Notes under the pieces: model-generated
The model's database searches: none
What the model was told of the DNA's origin: nothing
Seen by the model: only the letters and a program-made list of their open reading frames with translations
Shown: positions 8,243 to 17,996 of the stretch, in pieces
Position numbering within the stretch: the stretch's first letter is position 1
Layout: each line of letters opens with the position of its first letter
Position numbers and translations under genes: made by a program
Assembly: GCA_041662125.1 (NCBI GenBank)
Contig: JBAZTA010000004.1
Location: 128,343-192,342, forward strand
Length of the DNA: 64,000 nt
Source of the DNA: Candidatus Omnitrophota bacterium
GTDB lineage: Bacteria > Omnitrophota > Gorgyraeia > Gygaellales > Profunditerraquicolaceae
Direction of reading: 5' to 3'

Positions 8243-8340
8243 CAAAGCTGCGGTGGGGCTTCGCAGGAACAAGTTCTGTTCGTCGTTCAACATACAAAGC
8301 TGCGGTGGGGCTTCGCAGGAAGTGGGGGCTTCGCTTGGAA
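8243..8340 (+). repeat. tRNA-linked repeat: two direct copies of CAAAGCTGCGGTGGGGCTTCGCAGGAA plus a degenerate third
   Basis: Copies at 8243-8269 and 8295-8321. Each can form a CTGCG...CGCAG stem around the GTGGGGCTT core and is homologous to the elements after tRNA-Glu and at 43866. Confidence 0.6.
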
Positions 8341-8367
8341 GCGTTTTCTTGTTACCCTGTTTTACTA

Positions 8368-8396
8368 TTGACACCAGGCAAATAAAAAGTTATGCT
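8368..8396 (+). promoter_or_regulatory. Consensus-like sigma70 promoter for the S8 protease gene (TTGACA - 17 nt - TATGCT)
   Basis: -35 TTGACA at 8368-8373, a 17-nt spacer and -10 TATGCT at 8391-8396, about 105 nt upstream of the ATG at 8504. Confidence 0.5.
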
Positions 8397-8503
8397 TTGA
8401 TAGCACAATCCAGTCAATTGTGCGGCGTTTTAAGTTTAGTTAAAATTGGAGGTATGCGAGAAGTGTGTGCATACCTTTTTTTATTTTAAGGAGGATACAA
8501 ATT

Positions 8504-11500
8504 ATGGAGAATATAAAGAAGGCGGTATTATTAGCCGGTATTACGGCTGCGTGTTTTTTGTGTGCCCCCGCATTCGCTTTAGTTGACAATAGCCAAGCGA
8601 TAATCGAGCAGCAAACTGTTTCATCACAAGACATACAGCAACCATCCCAGCCCCAACAGCCTCAAGCCCCTGCGTTCGTCCCGGGCGAGCTTATCGTAAA
8701 GATCAAAGACGGCAAAACCATGGATGAACTCAGTGAGCTAAACACTAAATATGATGTTACTTCCACAGAAGGGATTTTCCAAAGCCCGGGTAGTCCCGAG
8801 GAAATGCTTAAGAGCCTTCAACAGAAATTAGCCGATCTTGGTTCTCAACACGACAGCTGGTATTGGCAGATGGATAAAGATTCTAAAGAATATAAGGACT
8901 ATGTCGCTAAGATAGAAGCGCAAAAAGAAACACTAAAAAGCCAAATCAGCGCCGAACAGGCACTTGTCGATCATTTAAACCAGAGACAATCCAGGGCTGA
9001 TAATACAGTAACTACTCCCAACTTAACAAACACCTATGTTTTTAAAACCAATAGCTCAATCAATATTGTCGCAATAGCAGAAGATTACTCTTCGCATCCC
9101 GCGGTAGAATACGCTGAGCCGAATTATGTGTGTAAAGTAGAGCAATCTGCTCCTATTCTTGGGCCTCCTCCTATTCCTGGCTGGCCATATGTCCTGCCTA
9201 ATGATTCGTATGTAGACCCTAACCATACTAATACCTGGACTAAAGGCGCCTGGGGACAGGCCTACGAAGACATGTGGGGCCTCAAGAAGATCCAGGCAGA
9301 TAAAGCTTGGCGATTATCGTTAGGTGAAGGGGTAATTGTGGCTGTAATTGATACCGGCGTTGACTATACCCATGAAGATATATCTGCTAATATCTGGATA
9401 AACACAAGAGAAATACCCGGCAATGGCATAGATGACGAAGGTAACGGTTATATGGATGATATAAGGGGCTGGGATTTTGTTAATGATAGTAACGACCCTA
9501 AGGATGGTTATGGCCATGGCACTCACTGCGCAGGTACTATAGCTGCCATAGGCAATAATAAAATTGGTATTATCGGGGTATCTCCCAAAGCAAAAATTAT
9601 GCCGGTAAAAGGGTTGGATGATTTTGGGTTCGGCAGTGACGCTGCATTAGCCAAAGGTATTTATTATGCCGCCAATAACGGCGCGGATATTCTAAGCAAC
9701 TCCTGGGGTGGGTCGGGAAGCAGCCAGTTAATAACAGATGCTGTTAATTATGCTTATGCTCAAGGATGCGCCGTGGTAGCATCGGCGGGTAATTCAAGCG
9801 CCGATGTTAAATATTTCTCCCCGGCTAATATTGATAAGGTTATAGCAGTCGCAGCTACCGGCCAAAATGATAAATTATGCGTTTTTTCTAACTTCGGTAA
9901 TAAAATTGATGTGACTGCGCCTGGAGGCGATGATATTCCGACGTATATTTACTCCAATTTCAATAATGTCCTTTCATTATTAGCCCCTAATTCATATCTG
10001 GCAAAAAATTATTCCGCGGATATCGTCGGGTATAAATACCTGAAATTAGCCGGCACATCCATGGCCTGCCCGCATGTTTCGGGCTTGGCGGCCCTGCTTA
10101 TAGCCAAATACCCCGCGGATACAAATAAACAGATCAGGGGCAGGATCATGGAGACCGCTGATGTATTGTCCCAGGAGCCTTTGTATTCACAGGGGCTCTT
10201 GGGGTCGGGAAGGATCAATTCTTATCGCGCCTTAAGCGAACCGTTTAAACCATACTTTAAATTTAAGGAACTGTTTCTTAAAGAGCTCACCGGAGACGGC
10301 GACCAGATACCGGAATCCAGGGAAAGAATAAAGCTCGTCATTAAACTGGAATCTATAGGCAAGGATACAAGTTCGGCGAAGTGCTCGATAAGTACAGACA
10401 GCCAGTATATTTCCTGCATAAACATTCCGGTTTCCTCGTTCTATAGGTCTCAAGACGGCACAATGGATAATTCAAACAGCCCATTTGTATTTACGATCGG
10501 CAAAGTAGAATACCAATCGCCGGTGAATATCAAGCTGACAATTAATGCCGGCGGATGTGTCCAGATGTTGAATCTAAAGATAAATTTGGGCATCAGGCAA
10601 CTGCCTATTGATTACAATACCTATAAGATTGGACGGTATTCCTTGTATAAGGATAAAATAACCTGGGATCGTACTACTGTGGATAGTCATGCCGGTTATG
10701 TGTATAGCGGAGAAATCTATCTGTATGACCTGAAGAGTAACCAGGTTAAACAAATATCCGAGAATGACGGCCGCATAAAAGCTTGGCCGGCAATGTATGA
10801 AAACAAAATCGTCTGTATGGACAAGAGCTCGCCCTATTCGAATTGGAACGTCTTCCTGTATGACCTTACCGCAAAAACAGCTACGTTCATAACCCAGGAT
10901 TCATTTAATCACCGGGATCCTTATATTTACAAAAATAAGATCGTATGGTCTGATGACCGTAACGGCAATAATGATATTTACCTGTATGATATCGATAAAA
11001 AGCAGGAGAGAAGGATCACAACGAATCCCGCCGGCCAGATCACTCCGAAAATTTACGGAAATAAGATCGCCTGGATAGATTTTCGCAATGGCCCGTATGA
11101 CTGGTATCGGTATGATATTTGTGTCTATGATTTGGATAAGAACGAAGAGAAGATGATCCCCAGGGGAGGGAGCAATGTCCTTTGGCCGATAGATATTTTC
11201 GGTAATAAGGTCGTATGGGCGGATGATAATAATATTTATCTTTACGACTTAGATAAGAATGAACAGAAACTTATCAGCTCCCGTAACTATCAGTATTATA
11301 TTACTTCTTTGCGGATCTACGGCAATAAAATAATCTGGGATGACAGCGTTTCCGGGAGTTCGCCCCAAGTATACCTTTATGATCTAAATACCAACCAAAA
11401 AAAGATGGTTACTAAAGATCAGTATGTGTTTTCACCGGTTGTTTATGCCAGGAATATTACCTGGCTTAACTGGAGCGATGATGTTTATAAGCCGCATATG

Positions 11501-11809
11501 TATATTACCGAAATTCCCGATATCACGCCTCCCATCGGCTCAATAAGAATAAATAACGGCGCTCTTTACACAAGGTCTCCCGTCGTCATGCTTAATTTAT
11601 ATGCCCAAGATGATGAAAGCGGCATGGGAAATGGCGCGCAGATGCAACTTTCTAATAACGGAACTCAATGGTCAGCTCCTGAACCATACATAGCAAGCAA
11701 ATTGTGGTGTTTGACGCCGGGGACCGGGCTAAAGATCGTATACGTTCGATTTAAAGATGTGGCGGGGAATTGGTCATGTTCCTATTTGGCATATATAAAG
11801 GTATATTAG
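8504..11809 (+). CDS. Secreted multidomain subtilisin-like serine protease (S8 family) with C-terminal beta-propeller repeats and an Ig-like domain (1101 aa)
   Basis: Signal peptide. Catalytic triad motifs VAVIDTGVD (Asp), GHGTHCAGTIAA (His) and GTSMACPHVSG (Ser). At least six repeats of type IYLYDLxxxxxxxIT/KIVWxD (PD40/TolB-like propeller blades). Terminal domain with INNGALYTRSPVVMLNL...NGTQWS (bacterial Ig-like/SbsA-like). RBS AAGGAGG before the ATG at 8504; the ORF-track start at 8465 is likely too early. Confidence 0.9.
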   Translation: MENIKKAVLLAGITAACFLCAPAFALVDNSQAIIEQQTVSSQDIQQPSQPQQPQAPAFVPGELIVKIKDGKTMDELSELNTKYDVTSTEGIFQSPGSPEEMLKSLQQKLADLGSQHDSWYWQMDKDSKEYKDYVAKIEAQKETLKSQISAEQALVDHLNQRQSRADNTVTTPNLTNTYVFKTNSSINIVAIAEDYSSHPAVEYAEPNYVCKVEQSAPILGPPPIPGWPYVLPNDSYVDPNHTNTWTKGAWGQAYEDMWGLKKIQADKAWRLSLGEGVIVAVIDTGVDYTHEDISANIWINTREIPGNGIDDEGNGYMDDIRGWDFVNDSNDPKDGYGHGTHCAGTIAAIGNNKIGIIGVSPKAKIMPVKGLDDFGFGSDAALAKGIYYAANNGADILSNSWGGSGSSQLITDAVNYAYAQGCAVVASAGNSSADVKYFSPANIDKVIAVAATGQNDKLCVFSNFGNKIDVTAPGGDDIPTYIYSNFNNVLSLLAPNSYLAKNYSADIVGYKYLKLAGTSMACPHVSGLAALLIAKYPADTNKQIRGRIMETADVLSQEPLYSQGLLGSGRINSYRALSEPFKPYFKFKELFLKELTGDGDQIPESRERIKLVIKLESIGKDTSSAKCSISTDSQYISCINIPVSSFYRSQDGTMDNSNSPFVFTIGKVEYQSPVNIKLTINAGGCVQMLNLKINLGIRQLPIDYNTYKIGRYSLYKDKITWDRTTVDSHAGYVYSGEIYLYDLKSNQVKQISENDGRIKAWPAMYENKIVCMDKSSPYSNWNVFLYDLTAKTATFITQDSFNHRDPYIYKNKIVWSDDRNGNNDIYLYDIDKKQERRITTNPAGQITPKIYGNKIAWIDFRNGPYDWYRYDICVYDLDKNEEKMIPRGGSNVLWPIDIFGNKVVWADDNNIYLYDLDKNEQKLISSRNYQYYITSLRIYGNKIIWDDSVSGSSPQVYLYDLNTNQKKMVTKDQYVFSPVVYARNITWLNWSDDVYKPHMYITEIPDITPPIGSIRINNGALYTRSPVVMLNLYAQDDESGMGNGAQMQLSNNGTQWSAPEPYIASKLWCLTPGTGLKIVYVRFKDVAGNWSCSYLAYIKVY

Positions 11810-11927
11810 TTATCGCCACTTAAATCTCTTCCTACCAATATTATAGAGATATATAGCTTTTCAAAGCCTAATTTCTTGATATTTGCTTAATTTCCTATAT
11901 AATGAGCTTGCTAGTCAAGGAGAAATT

Positions 11928-12437
11928 ATGCGTAAAATCATTTTAATGATTCTTTTCTTGTCTTTTTCATCGGCTTGTTTTGCCCAGCCTCAAGAACCTG
12001 CTTCCTTAACCAAAGGCAACGCTATTATTATGCGTATTTATGAAGAGATTCAAAAACTCAAAGGCAGCTATCACAAATTAGTTTCTTTCGAGCAGAATGC
12101 TGTCAAAGAGGGAGATTATGAAAGCAGCGTTCGACTTGTTTCAAGCAGGTCTGTCCAGGATAAGAAAACTTTAGCCATTAAATATGGGGAGCCGTGGAAA
12201 AAAGATCCTTACGCAAGAAATGATGGTGCTGTTTATGTTGAGGTTTATTTTACTTCAAACCCTTTTACTAAAGAATCAGCGTTGGTGCAGCAAACCAAGG
12301 ATTTCCAGCCAAAAGAAATATATGTGAGTGGCTCAGGTGTTTATTTGGAGTATTATATTGTTACTGATGAAGAACTGGGCGCTGTCTTGGAGGGTATTAT
12401 CAGGGGCGCGGTGGGAAAAATCGCAGATTTTAAATAA
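11928..12437 (+). CDS. Secreted hypothetical protein (169 aa)
   Basis: ATG at 11928 with RBS AAGGAGAAATT; signal peptide MRKIILMILFLSFSSACFA. Confidence 0.55.
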   Translation: MRKIILMILFLSFSSACFAQPQEPASLTKGNAIIMRIYEEIQKLKGSYHKLVSFEQNAVKEGDYESSVRLVSSRSVQDKKTLAIKYGEPWKKDPYARNDGAVYVEVYFTSNPFTKESALVQQTKDFQPKEIYVSGSGVYLEYYIVTDEELGAVLEGIIRGAVGKIADFK

Positions 12438-12479
12438 TCATGGCATACTTAAATATTCAATGAAATAAGAAAGGTTTTT

Positions 12480-12806
12480 ATGGTAAAAAAGAATTGTTGG
12501 GAAGTTAAAAAATGCGGAAGAGAGCCCGGTGGTGCCAAAGTGAAAGAATTGGGTGTCTGTCCTGCGGCGATTGAAGGCAGCGTCAACGGCGTTAATTGCG
12601 GCAAAAATGCCGGCAGGTGCTGTTGGGCAGTGGCGGGGACTTTTTGTGACGATAAAGTTTCTGGTTCTTTTGCTTCCAAAATAACATCGTGTGTTAATTG
12701 CGATTTCTTTAAAACGGTTGTTTTAGAAGAAGGGCAAGACTTAAAAACGACAAAGGATATTTTAGAAAAATTGTATAGCCAAAAGAAGAGTAACAAAAAA
12801 GATTGA
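12480..12806 (+). CDS. Small cysteine-rich protein with two CW motifs (two-CW-like domain), 108 aa
   Basis: Motifs NCWEVKKCG and RCCWAVAGTFC plus additional CxxC (CVNC). No signal peptide. Likely metal- or redox-binding. Confidence 0.5.
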   Translation: MVKKNCWEVKKCGREPGGAKVKELGVCPAAIEGSVNGVNCGKNAGRCCWAVAGTFCDDKVSGSFASKITSCVNCDFFKTVVLEEGQDLKTTKDILEKLYSQKKSNKKD

Positions 12807-12841
12807 TTCTTGATTTCTAAAAGGATATAATAACAACACTT

Positions 12842-12922
12842 GCGCGGGTGGTGGAATGGCAGACACGCAAGCATGAGGGGCTTGTGCCGAAAGGTATGGG
12901 GGTTCAACTCCCCCCCTGCGCA
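12842..12922 (+). tRNA. tRNA-Leu (anticodon GAG), type II with long variable arm
   Basis: Collinear with E. coli tRNA-Leu: acceptor GCGCGGG/CCTGCGC, anticodon stem CAAGC/GCTTG with loop ATGAGGG, variable arm CCGAAAGG, T-arm GGGGG-TTCAACT-CCCCC. Confidence 0.85.
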
Positions 12923-12934
12923 TAAAATATTCAG

Positions 12935-12980
12935 AAGGCTTACCAAGTCTTGTTTTAAGGCGGGGTAAGCCTTTTTTCTT
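12935..12980 (+). terminator. Rho-independent terminator after tRNA-Leu
   Basis: Stem AAGGCTTACC / GGTAAGCCTT followed by TTTTTTCTT. Confidence 0.7.
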
Positions 12981-12990
12981 CCTTTACTTT

Positions 12991-13217
12991 TAGCACCGTC
13001 TGCTCAGCTCATCTTGTACCGTCTGCAAACCTAATCTTGCACCTGTACCTGCACCTAGAGCACCTTGCCAGTAGTATCTTTAAATCTACCTTAAAGATCC
13101 CGTTTTCAAACGATTGTTGTATCAGAGGAATGGATAAGTATATCTCTTTGATACTTAGGGGACAGGTGCAATCTTGGAAAAAGGGCAGGTGCCCGATTAA
13201 CTTTGCACCTGGTGCTA
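12991..13217 (+). mobile_element. Non-autonomous miniature derivative (MITE-like, ~227 bp) of the IS200/IS605-like element at 17997-18665; lacks the transposase
   Basis: Left end TAGCACCGTCTGC...CTTGCACCTGT and right end CTTAGGGGACAGGTGCAATCTTGGAAAAAGGGCAGGTGCCCGATTAACTTTGCACCTGGTGCTA are about 90% identical to the ends of the full element. It has the same terminal inverted repeat TAGCACCG/CGGTGCTA. The internal segment corresponds to the tnpA 5'UTR. Confidence 0.7.
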
Positions 13218-13467
13218 TTGGTTATAGCTTTCTATTAGAAAACGCTTTCAAAATCCCGCAATATAGCATTGAAAAAAGCAATTTCTTAAGGCATAATTAT
13301 CATACTATATAATTAGTTTGCACAGTCCGGGTCAAGTTGTGCAAACGTCTCTAAAATTATACGATGGAGGTACTGGAGCGATCATTTCGTTCTTAGGTGC
13401 CTCTTTTTTGGTTTATGGGACATACGTAATGCAGATAAAATACAATTTCAATAAAAAGGAGAGATAC

Positions 13468-16400
13468 ATGTTTAGGAGAACAATTTCAATTTTTCTTGTT
13501 GCTTGTTTTTTATTCCAGCAGGTTGGTTTTGCGCAGGTGGCCTCCGAAATAAATATTGCCGGTTATTTAAGCCAGATCCGCACGAGTATCGCGCCGGACA
13601 AGTTTCGCCCTATGCACTTGCGGTATTTTTCCTATGACAACCAGAATAATAATTTTAAGCTTCTTGTTGATCGAGGCGACGCGAAAGATCTCAAAGGAGA
13701 TCAGCTGGAAACATCGAGCCGCCAGCTTTTAAGTTATTTTTTGGTGGGAGTAACCCTTCCGAATGAAAATTTTTGGGTAAACTTAAGGCCTGACAGGGAA
13801 GATCAGATCATTGATGACGCATTGGGCACAACCGATGTGGGAAAGATCATGCTGGAGGCAGACCTTCAGCTTAAAAAAGACACTGCGAAATTTACTTCAC
13901 CGGAAACCGCGGAAGGAAAAGAATATTGGGATAAGTTGTATCAGAAAGCTGGAGAGCTTTTTGGCGCGGATAATGTTACGATACCGACTCTCACTCGTCC
14001 CTGGATAGTCCCCAGCGAAGTCATTATACGGGAAGGTTCAGGAAGCGCATATGTTTATAAAGCTACGCTGAAAGTTATGTTGGAACAGGACCATATAAAA
14101 AACTCGGAGATGTATAATTTTAGCGATGAAAAAGCAAAGGCGTTAAATGAGTATTCTTCTGAGTTGATCCGCCAAATCATTATTCCTAAACTTACAAAAG
14201 AGGTCAATATTTCAAAACGTTACGCATCTCTGCGCCAGGTGTTTTATTCTTTAGTATTATCTCGGTGGTTTAAAGAACGCTTTAGCGGCCAATCCGGTCT
14301 TTATGCGTCTTTGATCGATCAAAAAAATCTCGCGGGATTGACTTCTCAGGAAAACTGGTCAAAATCCGTATACTTTCAGGCATATAAAAAGTCGTTTCAA
14401 GATGGTGAATATAATATTGCGAAGCAGGTGCATACTCCTACCGGGCAGGTCATAAGGACTTATTTTAGCGGAGGTATCGCATTGCAAGAGTCATTGCCCA
14501 ATGTTCAGACGGCAGGAAGTCCGATAGGGACATTTTCTTCTCCCAACGCAGAGCTGCCGAAATTATTGATAAACAGAGGCCAAATTGTGATCAGTGGTCA
14601 TGAAGGCCAGGGGAATGATCCGTTAGGCGGCGCTTATGCTGTTAATGATAATTCTGCTGGTTCTCCTGTGCGGATAGATGATCAAGAGAAAAAAGATATT
14701 CCTTCCGCTTCGCCGATTGACGCGCAGGTATCTACCGATAAGCTTACCTGGAAAGAGGCATTTAATATCGCGGGGTTCTACCGTCCTTTGACTGCCTGGA
14801 GACTGATGAAATTCGACAATCAAAGCGATGCGTTTTTAAATGATGATTTATTGTTTCAGGTCGCATACTTTTTAATGCCTAGGATAAATAAACCGGAAGC
14901 AGCCGCAGTATTGAAAAGATGGATTGAAAGAGGCGAGAGTATAAAATCATTGTTGGTGATACATAGGATTTCCGATTCCGAACAAATTGCCTATGAGCAA
15001 ATTGGAGCCGAGCCGTATCAGCGGATGCTTGTTGAAGCTGTGGAAAGCGGAAATGAAGTATTACAACGCAAAGCAGCTATAGATGTGTATCTTCCCGATG
15101 AGCTGAAACGGGCGCTGTTTGAAAAAGGGAAAGAATACCTTATTGGTAATAAATCCGGCCTGCCGATTGATCTCCAAGAAAAAATAGCCTTATCAGATAA
15201 TGCGAGCCTTAAGCAGCAGTTGGCTTATCAAGAATATACCCATCCCGATGTTTTAAGTTTGTTGGCAAAAGATGAAGATGAGGAAGTCTTACGGGCAGTG
15301 GCATTTCATGAAAAAACAAAGCCGGCAGATTTACAATCATTGGTGGGCAAGCACAGCAACAGGATCGCATCAGCGCTTATACATAATAAAGCGGTGGGGT
15401 ACTCGCTTTTTCAAGAGTGGCTTAAAGAGGAACAAGAAATCAGGCGTCAAAAAACTCTGGAAGAACGAGCAAAAATGCTTACCGCATACGAGGCAAAGAT
15501 AAAGGAACGCGGAGAGCCGTCTAGAGCAGAAATTACAGTGTATGCGGAAGGTGATTGGAGCGAATATAAGCAATTTGTGTTGCCGCTTGCCCCGTTGCAT
15601 AACATTGCGGGCATCGCAGGGTTGATACCGCATAAAAAAGCGGTAAAATTCGTGATAGAAGGAGCAAAGCCGGATATCGAAAACTTTGTAGAAGCGCTTA
15701 GAAAATGGGCAGTGATACAAGATATCGAAGTTAAATGGGGGGAGTATAAAAAAGAATTCTTTGTATTTGGCATCGTAGAAAAAAGCAGAAGGCAATATTA
15801 CTACAGCGATGAAAGCGGCTCCCGCGTTATCGATGATAGTTGGGGGTTAGGCGATTACGTATTGGCAGGGCTTGTGCTGTATACGTTATTTGGTCAAGAT
15901 AATGAGACAACCACGGAGAGCAATATTTCTCCTGCAGTGGGAGGTTTTGAATTCGATAGCCCTGAGGATAAACCTCAATCATCCGTTCATGAAACAGAAG
16001 AAACAAGCAGTTGGGAAGCTCCTGAGCCAAGCGGAAGTAATGACTCTAGTTCTCCCATTACCGCACATCAAGAAATAGCAAAAAGCCTGGAGCAGACAGG
16101 TATTACGTATAGTTATTTAGAGGGGATCACTCGATTTAAGGGGAGACCTCCTTTTGATCTCGGTAAGCCGATCGACGTAGGGGAAAGGCATTATTGGGTA
16201 AAGCTAAACCGTACGCTGTTGGGTGATTTCAAGATAGTCATTGAAGGGTTTAAAGAAGATTTTTTCAAAAACGGCATGCATCTTGAGAAATATTTGACTA
16301 TTAAAGTGACTGAAGATGGGATAAGCGTTACAGGCAGTCTTCAGCTGTCAATAAAAGAGTTAGACAAATTTGTGGCTGATATTAAGCAGTCGGTTAGCGT

Positions 16401-17925
16401 TATGGATACCCCTGTCGCTTCTACACGAGAATTGGAGGAAAGCCTGACGCAGGCAGGCCTTACTTACGGTTATCTGGATAAAATAAACAAGAATAAAGGA
16501 GCGCTTCCTGAGGGTGAGTACGGGAATGTAAAATTATTCAGCTGGGCCGGATATATTATGCCTTATTTAATAAGAGTAAAGGCTGGCGGCATTCTGAATA
16601 ATAATTTTGTAATTCGGGTTGGCCAAATGACTTCAAGCGCGGGTTGGATTATTGATATGTTTGATTTTGCTGAATGCTTCACGATTACCGTGCATCGAGA
16701 TGGCCGCTTGGTGGTCTCTGGTAATGTTCATCCACCAGATGCAGTTGATTTTGCAGCTGATATGATGAAGGTGTTAAAAGATTTTAATTCTTCCAGTTCG
16801 GCGATTGCAGCGAATCAAAAGTCCGGACAATCGTTCCTCAGTTCTGTAGGGACAAATCTAACGTATTATTGGCTGAGGGTGAAGCTGTTCAGGGAGTATC
16901 AAAGATTCGAAAAAGAGTATGGATTTAATAAGAACCAGTTAGAAACAATATTTACCCGTTTGGCTCAAAAGCCCAATGCAAAGGAAGTGGTTGCCCAACT
17001 TATGAGATTTGCGTATTACGCATCTGTGGCTGGGTTTTTAGATGAGCAGAGAATGTTATATTATACCGCGCTTGATGATTGGGATGCGGATGGTTATGCT
17101 GACGGCCCGCATTACGCTCTGGATAAAAATATTTTACATGCTATCGCCAATGAATTAACAGTAGCGCAAGATCAGGGATCAATAATACAAAGAATGATCG
17201 CTATTGATAATGAAAATAAAGAAGCCAAATTAAATGTTACAGAAAGGCAGAATTTAGTGCTGAATGTTTTGAAGCAACGAGTAACATATGAAGTGATCAA
17301 AGCCCGTCTTGAGAGCGTCCCGAGTAGTGAATTCTTTGCTGAAACTAATAAGCTGCGAGAGGAAGGTGTTTTGCCGAAAGACAGTGATGTAGAGAGTTGG
17401 AACGCGCTCAATGCATTGGCCTATGAAGATCCTACGCTTACCACTGCCATGGGCAGGTTTTTGGATGATAATAGACATAGCGCAGAACAAATAGCAAAAG
17501 AATCAAAAGGCGAAAGCGGTGTTTCTCCGGTCTCCGCTTCTTCTGCGATGAAAGAGGAAACTAAAGATGTTCCGGGAACTCCCGGCGGTATTGATTTCCG
17601 CGTTATGGATATCAAATACCAACCGTTGGGGCTTTTTAAAGGGCTCAATTATACGCTTCCTATATTGAATCAGGCAGAGCTCGATAAGATCAACCTTGAT
17701 GAGGAGATAAAACAGATACAAATAATGGTTGAAAGCGGTATTATTCCTTCTGGGCGGAGAATCAAAGAATTAGTGGCGGCGTCTTCTCAAAAGGGGGAAT
17801 TGAATAAAAGAATGAATGACCTCTTGTTATGCCTGGTAGATATTTGCAGGTTGGAAGAAGAGAATGTTTCTGAAAGCGCCCCTGAATTGAGAGAGGCGCT
17901 GGTTATTCTGGATACTGTTGGATAA
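13468..17925 (+). CDS. Giant secreted protein of unknown function (~1485 aa)
   Basis: Uninterrupted 4.6-kb ORF. The best start is the ATG at 13468 (RBS AAAAAGGAGAG), followed by a signal peptide MFRRTISIFLVACFLFQQVGFAQVA. No known catalytic motif recognised; Asp/Glu-rich internal segments; a terminator follows. Confidence 0.75.
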   Translation: MFRRTISIFLVACFLFQQVGFAQVASEINIAGYLSQIRTSIAPDKFRPMHLRYFSYDNQNNNFKLLVDRGDAKDLKGDQLETSSRQLLSYFLVGVTLPNENFWVNLRPDREDQIIDDALGTTDVGKIMLEADLQLKKDTAKFTSPETAEGKEYWDKLYQKAGELFGADNVTIPTLTRPWIVPSEVIIREGSGSAYVYKATLKVMLEQDHIKNSEMYNFSDEKAKALNEYSSELIRQIIIPKLTKEVNISKRYASLRQVFYSLVLSRWFKERFSGQSGLYASLIDQKNLAGLTSQENWSKSVYFQAYKKSFQDGEYNIAKQVHTPTGQVIRTYFSGGIALQESLPNVQTAGSPIGTFSSPNAELPKLLINRGQIVISGHEGQGNDPLGGAYAVNDNSAGSPVRIDDQEKKDIPSASPIDAQVSTDKLTWKEAFNIAGFYRPLTAWRLMKFDNQSDAFLNDDLLFQVAYFLMPRINKPEAAAVLKRWIERGESIKSLLVIHRISDSEQIAYEQIGAEPYQRMLVEAVESGNEVLQRKAAIDVYLPDELKRALFEKGKEYLIGNKSGLPIDLQEKIALSDNASLKQQLAYQEYTHPDVLSLLAKDEDEEVLRAVAFHEKTKPADLQSLVGKHSNRIASALIHNKAVGYSLFQEWLKEEQEIRRQKTLEERAKMLTAYEAKIKERGEPSRAEITVYAEGDWSEYKQFVLPLAPLHNIAGIAGLIPHKKAVKFVIEGAKPDIENFVEALRKWAVIQDIEVKWGEYKKEFFVFGIVEKSRRQYYYSDESGSRVIDDSWGLGDYVLAGLVLYTLFGQDNETTTESNISPAVGGFEFDSPEDKPQSSVHETEETSSWEAPEPSGSNDSSSPITAHQEIAKSLEQTGITYSYLEGITRFKGRPPFDLGKPIDVGERHYWVKLNRTLLGDFKIVIEGFKEDFFKNGMHLEKYLTIKVTEDGISVTGSLQLSIKELDKFVADIKQSVSVMDTPVASTRELEESLTQAGLTYGYLDKINKNKGALPEGEYGNVKLFSWAGYIMPYLIRVKAGGILNNNFVIRVGQMTSSAGWIIDMFDFAECFTITVHRDGRLVVSGNVHPPDAVDFAADMMKVLKDFNSSSSAIAANQKSGQSFLSSVGTNLTYYWLRVKLFREYQRFEKEYGFNKNQLETIFTRLAQKPNAKEVVAQLMRFAYYASVAGFLDEQRMLYYTALDDWDADGYADGPHYALDKNILHAIANELTVAQDQGSIIQRMIAIDNENKEAKLNVTERQNLVLNVLKQRVTYEVIKARLESVPSSEFFAETNKLREEGVLPKDSDVESWNALNALAYEDPTLTTAMGRFLDDNRHSAEQIAKESKGESGVSPVSASSAMKEETKDVPGTPGGIDFRVMDIKYQPLGLFKGLNYTLPILNQAELDKINLDEEIKQIQIMVESGIIPSGRRIKELVAASSQKGELNKRMNDLLLCLVDICRLEEENVSESAPELREALVILDTVG

Positions 17926-17952
17926 AAAAGTGCAGGATCTTGTTTAAAAAGG

Positions 17953-17990
17953 AAATCCCCGGTTCATAATACGAGCCGGGGATTTTTTTA
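17953..17990 (+). terminator. Rho-independent terminator after the giant gene
   Basis: AAATCCCCGGTTCATAATACGAGCCGGGGATTTTTTTATTT. Confidence 0.7.
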
Positions 17991-17996
17991 TTTCGT

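Noticed and set aside
8148-8489. 113-aa ORF in the six-frame track
   Set aside because: It overlaps tRNA-Gln and the tRNA-linked repeats. Its apparent coding potential (GAVLLRPSISKAAVGLRRN) is simply the repeat translated, as shown by the similar 'protein' from the repeat copy at 22469-22672.
12449-12946. 165-aa minus-strand ORF
   Set aside because: Antisense to the two-CW gene and overlaps tRNA-Leu. It has no RBS and low-complexity composition; it is an artefact of the long open antisense frame.
13037-13312. 91-aa ORF inside the miniature IS-derived element
   Set aside because: It lies within the MITE (the tnpA 5'UTR-derived segment plus the right end) and shows no transposase motifs. It is most likely non-coding.
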